26,898 bases of DNA from a virus. Its lineage: Duplodnaviria; Caudoviricetes. Below the pieces are notes generated by a model. It saw only the letters and a list, made by a program, of their open reading frames with translations, did no database searches and was not told the DNA's origin. This document shows positions 7,970 to 17,300 of the stretch, one piece after another; the stretch's first letter is position 1; each line of letters opens with the position of its first letter. The stretch covers positions 1 through 26,898 of IMG/VR virus record IMGVR_UViG_3300008459_000311; one strand, written 5' to 3'. The position numbers were made by a program, and so were the translations under genes.

Positions 7970-10900
7970 TTATTCCATTCTGAAATAAACAACGTCACCA
8001 TCATACAAACCCAACTCAGACATTAATTTAGGTGATAACGCTAAACCATATTTTTCACCAATAGGTCCAACCGCAACAGGTCCTTCCGCAACTATACTTC
8101 CAAGACTTGAGTCTAATTGATAATTTGGATTAATAATAACTTGTTTATTATTCTTTGGATTTTTAAATGTTGTTTTTGCTGTTCTAACCACATCATCAGT
8201 TATTGATTTGGATAATTGGAATCTCGTCATGAAGTATCTGTAATTAGACGAACTAATATCAGAAAACTTTATACCATTCGCGATATTCATACTAACGGTA
8301 GGTTCTATTTTGTAATCTTTACCACCCATTTGTACAACCAAACCTCTTAACCATTCTCCATTATTTTGAATTAATTGAATTGACCTAACTTCATTAAAAC
8401 CATTATATGGTACACCAAATTTATTAATACCGACTGTTTCAATTATTTTTTCTGCGGTACCACCATATACACCATATCTATCAGTGATATATGAAACTCC
8501 ATTTTTCGGATAAACAACCACTTCTTGAGTTAGTGTTTTATTTTCTTGTCTTTGTTTGAATTTAGCAATTGCTTTCGCTTGTATTTTATCAAACAAAATC
8601 CTATAACTAGCAATAAATGAATCTTTTGGGTCGGGTAGTGATGTATAAGGTATCCTCGTACCAGCAAAAGTTGTTGATATTGTATTTGATTTAATACTAT
8701 GATTTACCTCTGTAATCCAATATGAACCCTTAAACATTGGGATATTTTTTAGATAGAAGAACATTGTTGGTTGTATCATTACATTACCCATTGATGATAC
8801 CTCACATTTATATGATGCTTGTTTATAATAATCAAATAAACTCACATCCACATTATGTGCACCCGCACCAGATGATGACCTTGATAAATCTTCTAATACT
8901 TGAAACGATTCAGAAGTATTTTTTAATGTGGATTGGTCTAAACTCACACCTTTGAAAATTCCTTGATTTTGGTCACCAAAACTTACCTCGAACGCAACAA
9001 CCCTATTTGATTTAGATAAATCGTTTTGTGAAAAACTCTCTAGTGATGTAATCATTAAAGGATTGTTATTTTGACTACCAATATAAAAACTATCATCATT
9101 AAACTTGTATGGTTTACTATTTGACATATCCAATCTTTTTGAACTTTGTCCAACTAATTGTATGATAATTTTTGGTGTAGCTTCTTGGTAATCAACCTCT
9201 AAAAACGTACCAAATAATGTCGAAGCAACTTTTTTAGATGGTGTTATTTTATTTTTATTTGTTAAATTATTTCCGTAAAAATTAACATACGCAGGAAGTG
9301 CTCTCATATCTAAACCGGTTCCCTGTATCATCATTGATATGGCACTATACAGATTAACTGACGCATTTTCGGGTAATAATAATGGTTTAAATTTATCTAT
9401 GTTTAGATATAATTTATCTCCAATATCTCTATTTGCTTTATCTAAAAATAAAAACTCTTCAAGTAATAATCTTTGACCAATAGAATTACCGGCCGTCCAT
9501 TTATCATTAAATGATTTAAATGTGTTGTATAATTCTATTTTAGTATCATCTGTATTATATCCCCTGAACACATCTATTTTTGAATTTGTGTTTTTAGCTT
9601 TAGACGAATCTAATTTCGCTAATTGGGGTAATAATATTGCCATAAAGTGTACCAATCTAACGTCAGCACCGTTAGCTATAAGTTGACCATCATCGTTTTT
9701 AAGTATTATTTGACTGGTTAAATATTGTTTAAACGCTGATTTAGTATTCACACCGCCCGATTTTCGATAGCCACCATAAATTAAAATTAATGACCTATGA
9801 CTTTTTATGTTTTCTTCGGTTAATCTTACATCATTTATACTAAAGAAATCAAGATAATAACCATCAATATCTTCACCAATATAAAGTTTTATAAAATTTT
9901 GATTTGTGGTATTCACATCAGAAATACTAAATGGTTCAGGACTATAAGTAGATAAACTATTATTAGTGGTCCCACTAACTTTAGTCATACCATAAAGTGT
10001 AAATGGGTCAATTTCTTTTGGATTAGCCATACTAAATTTTATCAAATTAGTTGTTGATAAAATGTCTGTGGTTATACTTTCCGCGTTTCTTTTTTGTCTT
10101 TCTTTTAATGTGTTTTTGATTAACAAATCCACATCGTTATTATCTCCGTCTAATTTCTCAACAACAGATAATTTTTTAAGAATGTCTTGGAATTTAAAAT
10201 AATTTATATTTCTAAATATTTCATAAGGTATTTCATCATTTAGTTTTTCGGTTGCAAAATCAATAAAGAAACTTTCAAAATATTCCAATATCTGAGGACT
10301 AAACGTACCAATTAAATCTAATGCCTTTTTATAATTTGTAGTTAAAGAGAATGTGTTTCCTGTGCTTCTAAAATAATCGTAAGGTGTTGGGAATGTTTGA
10401 CCACTAAAACTGTCTGTAATTGTATCATTTGTATACCATAAAGTTCTAAAACTTAATTCCTGTGAAAAACTAAAAGAACTATTGTTTTGGATTTTCGAAT
10501 CTTCAAAACCACCAATTGATGGTAGTAATGTATAATTTTTATCAGATGTTATATATTTTGAGTTGTCCATAAAGACATCCCAATAATTCCTATTTGATTT
10601 TTGTCTAACCCTATGTTGTATTTTTTGTGAAACCGTATCAGCCGAATATGACACATTACCTAATAAAGGGTTATAAGATGAATAGTCGTTTACTATTTGA
10701 CTGTATATTGCTTGGTAATATGGATTAACACCAACATTCGTATATTCTGTATATGTTGTGCCAGTTGTTGAACCACTTGTCGATGTTATAACATCTGTGT
10801 ATGGAATATATGTGACACCCGTGGTTGAACCACTTGTTGTTGAAACTCTTGGAATAATATCAAAAGTAATATTTTCATCGTACACCACATAAATTGTTGC

Positions 10901-13900
10901 ACCCGTTAATCCAGTTAACGGTGTTTGGGATAATTCAATTGTAGTTGGGCTTGTTATCCCTGTAATAATAGTATTATTTGCGGTTTGTCCTGTTCCCGAT
11001 ATTACCGCAATTTTCATACCTGTTTGTATGTTAGATACTGAAGGTACGGTTACCGTTGTTCCCGTACTAGATACCCCACCAATAATTGCGGCACTAAGAG
11101 AACTATTATTATCAAATAAAGTTTTACCTGATAATGGTCTAACATTATAACTTGAATTAATTGACCCATTTAATATGTCAACCCCATCAATTAAATGTGT
11201 TTTGTATCTGTGATATATTGAACCCCATTTTAACATTAAGTGATATGGAACAAAATGAGTCGCAGAAATTTCTCTAAATAATGATGATGTTAATATTGAA
11301 TTATTACCAAAAGTTATTTCTTCATCTAAATCAATAAATGGTAATGAGTTTAACATCAAATAAGATGAACCAACATATTTTCCTTTAACTGTTGTCTTAT
11401 TGAAATCTGAATAAAGTTGGTTATGAAAATATGGTGTATTATATATTGGTAGGGTGTTACCCGAAACCTTGATTGTGTTTGAAAAAAAATCACTTGAATT
11501 TACACCACTCTTAATCCATGATTGTGGGTTAACCGGTGACGCAATAAATCCCTGTGAGGTGTTTAATTGTAAAATACCATTGAATTTAAAATTATCATCG
11601 GTAAATGTTTCTTTATCAATGTAATTTAAATATGTTGACGAATTAAATGGATAAATATTTTTCCTATATGATTCGGGAAGATAACCTAAAAGTAAATTAT
11701 CTAAATTTTCTTTATTTAAATCACCATTAGAATTTGTTGCATTTTCAATATAACTTTCAAATCTAAACGGTTCATCTAATGCATCTACTATATAGTTTGT
11801 TGTGGGTAAGGTATCTCTAAAATTATTAAATTTTTCAAAAGGAGATAATTGTGGTAATAATCCATCATATTCAACTATTGTTTGTGGACTACCGTTAGCA
11901 TCTTTAACAATAACACCATTTTCTTTTTGAACTTGTTTTGTTTTAATATTAATAAAATTAACCAAAGGATTTCCAGATGCTCTTGCAATTCTTTTCGCTA
12001 ATTCAATCAGGTCAAAATCTTCTCTTATAGATTCTTCTATATTTTTAAATTCTTCATTAGCTAATTCGGTAAGTAAATTATTATTAAATGAGTCAAACAT
12101 TGTTAGATATCTAGCTCTTTCGTAAATTTCATAGACAAAAGATGCATATGTTTTATCAATATATGGTATAGTATCTGTTATTACATCAATTCCACAAATA
12201 TCCTCAATTTTGTTATTATCGGCGTTTGAATCAAATACATAATTAACATCATTTCTTGTTTGTTCATTATCAACATTTGTTTCTACTCTATTAGTTACGA
12301 TTTTAATATATTCTTCAACAAAGTCAACTTCAGGCCATAAAGTTTTATCGTTTGATTTTAATTTAGAAACTAATTGTTCATCACCCGGATATGCAACAAC
12401 ATTTTGTTTACCACCCGTTTGTGGTTTTTTAACTTCTGGCCAAGGATAAATGTTTTCACCTTTCGATTCTTTGGAAAGATTTGATATTAATTTTTTTCTC
12501 TGATTTGAAGCGTCAAATGCTTTATTATGTACATCTTTCATAAGTGTCACATACACTTCAGCATTTGCTAATAAAACCGCAAACATATTTCTAATTGTTG
12601 GTTCAAACCCAAAACCCTCTTTTCCCTTAATAACCTCATTCATTCTGGTTTCTACGTCATCCTCAACTTTCTTTCTTTGTTCTTCAAATGATTTTCTAAT
12701 TAAAAAAATATCATCAAAGATTCCATCAATATGAACAACATTTTTTTTGTCAGTCAACGTTTTGTAATATGACTTTACATCTTTTACGTTTCTTATTGAG
12801 ATTCTTTTAAAATCGCCAGTCGTCTTATTTAATAACGTTTGAGTAAAAAGTCTTGACTTTGAAATTTTTGTATTAAAATTACTTATTAATAATTCTAAAG
12901 AACCAGATTTATCACCGATTATTTTAGAAGTGTCTGTTTTATCTTTCAAACTTAAATAATACCAAAATTGGTCAATTGTCTCGTTTGATGTGGTTTTAGT
13001 TGGTACAGTTATAAGTTCGTCAGAAAGGTTGAGTTTGCCCCATGCCTTTACTGAGTTTTCAAATTCATTGATTAAATCATCCAACTCTTTAATACCCTGA
13101 AACACATCCATATCAACATTACTGAATATTTCTTGTTCCAAAATTTTATCTAAACTTTCAGCAATATATCCCATTTCTTTTAATGTTCTAACGGGAAAAC
13201 CTTTAGGTATTAATCCTTTTGATTCGTATTTTCTATAAATTGATTTTAAAATAGAATATCCTCTTGATGAGTAAGAAACACGTTTTTCATATAATCCTGT
13301 TTTTTCATTAAAAGTCACGTCTTTATTTTCATTAACCATAAACATATATGGACAGTTAATGATTGCAGAAAGAGGAATATCATTCATCCACGCAAATGTT
13401 GAACCAACAAATGTTGTGGTTATTTCAAAATTACCATTTGACTCATTAAACTTTGAGCTGAATTTTGTCATATGTAAACGATACCTAATCGCTTTACCGT
13501 AATAACCTTTTACTGTTAAATAAAAGATTGGCCATGGTAAATGAAAGAACGCTCGATATGGTGAGTTTTCACTTGATTCGAATAACGTTTTACCCCTAAC
13601 ATCAATAAAGTTAATTGTAACTTGGGGTACAAAATTTGCGCCCTTTACTGATATACTAACAGAGTCAATACCAAAAGTTTGACCACTAGGGTCTTTAAAT
13701 TGGTCTTCACCAAAAGTTAAATCGTACCCATCTTTATATGTAGATTCTTGACCTTGAATTGGTTTCGGTACAAACGCGTCGGTCCATGTGGTATCAAAGT
13801 TACCATCACCACTAGCGTTTTTTAAAAAATTTAAATTACCTGATGCTATTTGTGTTAATGTGTTTCCTACATTATCATCAGCAATAAGTGTGGTTCTTGG

Positions 13901-14074
13901 AATTAAGTCAGCCTCCAAGTTAAGGTACATAACCATATTCTCTTGTTTGTGACCTCTAGGTTGTATTTCACCATTGGTGTCAACAACACTATTTGGGTCA
14001 ATATAAACAAGATTATTTTGGTCAACTTTTACAAGTATATTTTCACTATTTGAATAATCGTTATTGCTCGCCAT
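7970..14074 (-). CDS. Large baseplate hub-like tail protein (2034 aa)
   Basis: Follows the LysM/gp53-like gene. N-terminal VPQVTINFIDVRG...FFHLPWPIFYLTVKGYYG. Near the C-terminus, gpD/gp27-like SMGNVMIQPTMFFYL..MFKGSYWITEVNHSI..ISTTFAGTR. Confidence 0.7.
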   Translation of the reverse strand: MASNNDYSNSENILVKVDQNNLVYIDPNSVVDTNGEIQPRGHKQENMVMYLNLEADLIPRTTLIADDNVGNTLTQIASGNLNFLKNASGDGNFDTTWTDAFVPKPIQGQESTYKDGYDLTFGEDQFKDPSGQTFGIDSVSISVKGANFVPQVTINFIDVRGKTLFESSENSPYRAFFHLPWPIFYLTVKGYYGKAIRYRLHMTKFSSKFNESNGNFEITTTFVGSTFAWMNDIPLSAIINCPYMFMVNENKDVTFNEKTGLYEKRVSYSSRGYSILKSIYRKYESKGLIPKGFPVRTLKEMGYIAESLDKILEQEIFSNVDMDVFQGIKELDDLINEFENSVKAWGKLNLSDELITVPTKTTSNETIDQFWYYLSLKDKTDTSKIIGDKSGSLELLISNFNTKISKSRLFTQTLLNKTTGDFKRISIRNVKDVKSYYKTLTDKKNVVHIDGIFDDIFLIRKSFEEQRKKVEDDVETRMNEVIKGKEGFGFEPTIRNMFAVLLANAEVYVTLMKDVHNKAFDASNQRKKLISNLSKESKGENIYPWPEVKKPQTGGKQNVVAYPGDEQLVSKLKSNDKTLWPEVDFVEEYIKIVTNRVETNVDNEQTRNDVNYVFDSNADNNKIEDICGIDVITDTIPYIDKTYASFVYEIYERARYLTMFDSFNNNLLTELANEEFKNIEESIREDFDLIELAKRIARASGNPLVNFINIKTKQVQKENGVIVKDANGSPQTIVEYDGLLPQLSPFEKFNNFRDTLPTTNYIVDALDEPFRFESYIENATNSNGDLNKENLDNLLLGYLPESYRKNIYPFNSSTYLNYIDKETFTDDNFKFNGILQLNTSQGFIASPVNPQSWIKSGVNSSDFFSNTIKVSGNTLPIYNTPYFHNQLYSDFNKTTVKGKYVGSSYLMLNSLPFIDLDEEITFGNNSILTSSLFREISATHFVPYHLMLKWGSIYHRYKTHLIDGVDILNGSINSSYNVRPLSGKTLFDNNSSLSAAIIGGVSSTGTTVTVPSVSNIQTGMKIAVISGTGQTANNTIITGITSPTTIELSQTPLTGLTGATIYVVYDENITFDIIPRVSTTSGSTTGVTYIPYTDVITSTSGSTTGTTYTEYTNVGVNPYYQAIYSQIVNDYSSYNPLLGNVSYSADTVSQKIQHRVRQKSNRNYWDVFMDNSKYITSDKNYTLLPSIGGFEDSKIQNNSSFSFSQELSFRTLWYTNDTITDSFSGQTFPTPYDYFRSTGNTFSLTTNYKKALDLIGTFSPQILEYFESFFIDFATEKLNDEIPYEIFRNINYFKFQDILKKLSVVEKLDGDNNDVDLLIKNTLKERQKRNAESITTDILSTTNLIKFSMANPKEIDPFTLYGMTKVSGTTNNSLSTYSPEPFSISDVNTTNQNFIKLYIGEDIDGYYLDFFSINDVRLTEENIKSHRSLILIYGGYRKSGGVNTKSAFKQYLTSQIILKNDDGQLIANGADVRLVHFMAILLPQLAKLDSSKAKNTNSKIDVFRGYNTDDTKIELYNTFKSFNDKWTAGNSIGQRLLLEEFLFLDKANRDIGDKLYLNIDKFKPLLLPENASVNLYSAISMMIQGTGLDMRALPAYVNFYGNNLTNKNKITPSKKVASTLFGTFLEVDYQEATPKIIIQLVGQSSKRLDMSNSKPYKFNDDSFYIGSQNNNPLMITSLESFSQNDLSKSNRVVAFEVSFGDQNQGIFKGVSLDQSTLKNTSESFQVLEDLSRSSSGAGAHNVDVSLFDYYKQASYKCEVSSMGNVMIQPTMFFYLKNIPMFKGSYWITEVNHSIKSNTISTTFAGTRIPYTSLPDPKDSFIASYRILFDKIQAKAIAKFKQRQENKTLTQEVVVYPKNGVSYITDRYGVYGGTAEKIIETVGINKFGVPYNGFNEVRSIQLIQNNGEWLRGLVVQMGGKDYKIEPTVSMNIANGIKFSDISSSNYRYFMTRFQLSKSITDDVVRTAKTTFKNPKNNKQVIINPNYQLDSSLGSIVAEGPVAVGPIGEKYGLALSPKLMSELGLYDGDVVYFRME
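10750..10845 (-). repeat. Tandem 57-nt (19-aa) duplication within the hub gene
   Basis: GTTGAACCACTTGT at 10767-10780 and 10824-10837; protein TSGSTTGVTYIPYTDV / TSGSTTGTTYTEYTNV. Confidence 0.7.
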
Positions 14075-14387
14075 AATATAGATTATATAATTCTACATTT
14101 CTTCTGTAGTCTTGTAAAGTAGTTACTAAAGGAAAAGGTACTCTAATAACAAAATTGTCAGGTATTTCAAATTCAACACTACCAGCGGTTGGATTTGCTT
14201 GCAATATTAACCAACCAAATACGGGTGAACCGTAATAATCTTGGGATATTTTATCTAACCTATCTCTACCTCTTTTATAAAAAACATATCGGTCAGTAGT
14301 TTTAATAGGTATCTCAATACCCGGTACTATCCTAAAATTACCATCTTCAATAAAAAATTGATATCTATCAAAATATTGTCTACTCAT
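14061..14387 (-). CDS. LysM-like / gp53-like baseplate wedge protein
   Basis: RDRLDKISQDYYGSPVFGWLILQANP...IPDNFVIRVP matches the gpX/gp53 pattern; overlaps both neighbours. Confidence 0.8.
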   Translation of the reverse strand: MSRQYFDRYQFFIEDGNFRIVPGIEIPIKTTDRYVFYKRGRDRLDKISQDYYGSPVFGWLILQANPTAGSVEFEIPDNFVIRVPFPLVTTLQDYRRNVELYNLYYGEQ

Positions 14388-17300
14388 TATTTTTCTCTAT
14401 AAAAGTTAAGTTTATCTGTTACATCATTTGAATCTGAAAATATTTTATTAACCTCATCTTTTATGTCGTCATCGATTTCTTCTGATGTTGTTGCCACAGT
14501 AAATTTAATTTCTTTTTCACTTTTTCTTGATTTGAATTTTGTTAATTTAAATTTCTTTTCTTCAGGTGCATTAATAAATTTTTCAACTCTTTTTCTTAAT
14601 TGTTTTTTAAGACTTTCAGGGTATAATGATGCATCGGTAAATTTACTCATTAATGAATCCACACTATTATTTAACAATTGACTTATTATAAAGTCAAAAT
14701 CAGATGATTGTATTGTTGGGTTTAAAAATGTAATATTTGTACCTAAATCTTCTATTAGTTTTGGTGCATTTGTTTCAATATAATCAATACACGTTTTATA
14801 TTCATTATAAAGTAAATCCGAGGTAAAACCACTCATAGTTGATGAGTTTATTATACTGTCTTTTAATGATGAATCTTTAGAATTTTTTATTACAAAATTT
14901 GATTTATCAAGAACTTTAATTAATTCATTTCTTGATTTTTCTAAATCAGATAAAACATTTGAGTCTGTCAATTCGTTTATTTTTTTTTCTACAATCTCAG
15001 TAATTAAAAATGTTTTTAATATTTTATTGTTAGTATCTGTCAATAAAGAACCCGCAGGTATTTCTTTATCAAACTTTAACATGTTAACCAAATATGTTGG
15101 TGAAGAATTTTCAATAAAAGAGGTTAACGCGGTCTTTAATCCTGAACTATATACTGTTAATTCTTTTGTTTTTGCGTGTAATCCAAATAAATTTAACGTT
15201 TTACCGGGTGTTGGTGATGTTGATGTGAAAACATCATATTGGTTTATTGGTCGATAGTCGTTACTAAACAACATAGTAGTAACGTCTTTACCATATTTTG
15301 TATAAATTTCGTTGTATTTGCTTTTGTACTTTTCAAAATAATCATTAGTTGTGTCAAATACCGATTTTATCAATTTAGTATATGATAAAACTTTACCATC
15401 TTGTAGTTCTCCCATATATTCACCCTCAGCAACTTTATTTGTATTTTTAGGTTGTAGAGTTCCTGTTTTATTTGCATAAGATTTATTTAAATCATTTAAA
15501 AACTCTTTTGTAAATTCTTCCGCTTTTTTTCCACCAATTGTTTGGTTTGTCGCAATTGACCTTTCATCATACATTTCGGTATTTGCAAAGAAATTAGACG
15601 ATAACGCATTTTGTAGTCTTTCTACCGGTTTGCTTAATCCTTGTCCACCAATAAAGTTTAATGAAAGAGTAACCGTAGCAATCATCGGTTGTACACCGAT
15701 ACCTTCAGGATTTAAATCCCACGTCATTTGGCCACCTTCATCATATGAGATATTAACATCTCTAATTACTACTTTTGAATGATAGAAATCACCCACCCTT
15801 AAAACACATACCGGAGGTGGTCCGAATGATGTATTTCTTGCTCTTAAATCAGATTCCTCTGAAATACCTTTAATTGGTATCGTGTCACCAGGTCTAATAG
15901 ATTGTAAAAGGAATGTTAATCTAGAATTTAAACCTTCTGGTGTTGTCGAATGAAATGCTGGATGAAAATACTTTAATTTTTCTTTTAAAGATTTAAATAC
16001 AATAGGGTCATTCTCCTCTAATTTTTTAAAATAAAAACATTCAGATAGTGTTTTTGCAATAATTCTTTTTAAAGGGTCAATTGCCGGTCTTCTTATTGGT
16101 TGAGACGCTGTCACTTGACCATTTGGTTCAAGTCTAGTTACCGGTACGGGTGTTGGTGTTGGTGTTGGTTTTTGTGATGTATTTTGATACGTCATTTCAA
16201 ATAATGTTTGTCTACAATAAAACGCTATAGGTGAATAAACTTTTAATCCCGGTACTTTAACAAACTCTTTATCGATACATTCTTTAATTGGGTTTACCTC
16301 ACTACCTGTAAAACCTTCACCATAGTTATATGATTCAATAATTAATTTACCATCATAATCGTATCCGAAACTTTTGAAATCATATTCTTTTATGATTACA
16401 ATTGGTTGTCCTGCTTGAATGATTTCTTTATCATTTTCTCCATTGTTTTTGTTAACGGGTGTAAAATCTAATGGCCATTTTATATCAGGTTTTGTATTAT
16501 CTTTTTTAATTCTATCAAATATATCTTGAATCACGCTATGGCTTCTTCTCATTGCTAATCTTTCATTATAATCAGTTGTCGCAACCGATGAACATGATGA
16601 TGATATTTTGACTCTAATGTCTTGTGCTGTTTTACCAGTTAAACTATTAACTAAATTATTTATTGATGTCACATATGTGTTAAAATTATTTTGAGCATCG
16701 TCAAAATACTCACCGATTTTTGTTTTTTGTGCATCAATATCTGTTTGTGTTATTGTAATATTTGAACCGAAAATATGTTCTTTTTCTTTAACTACTTGGG
16801 GGTCTGTTTGTGTTAAACCTGTTAATGTTATTAAAGAATTACCTAAACTATTAATATATGTTTGTTTATTTGTTGGTGTAACAAAGGATTCGTATGTCTT
16901 TGTATAGTTTTGGTCTGTTCTTATTTTTTTATTATTAGGGTCCGGTCTGTCGTTTTCATATTTTAAAACAACATTAACAGGACCAATTTTTTCAGATACG
17001 TTTACAGAGCTGGTTCCCGGGTCATCAACAACAGGATATTCAGTTGTTATTTTATATTGTTGGATAACTTCAGGGTCTGCACCCTTATTTAGAAATGATT
17101 GAATTAGTTTCACGTCGTTAGAATCTAATTGAGCAAATCTTCTAATTAACGCATAGAAATCAAGTTCTTCACAACCAGCAAAAAATGCATTAATATAGTT
17201 TTCAGACTCTTCATCAGTCATCCCTTTAAAGTATTCTCTTACTAATAAGTTTAAAATACTTGGGTGGTCAACAACCACTTTAAATGATAATTGTCCACTT

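Noticed and set aside
16141-16170. GGTGTT microsatellite
   Set aside because: Simply encodes a PTPTPTP linker in frame.
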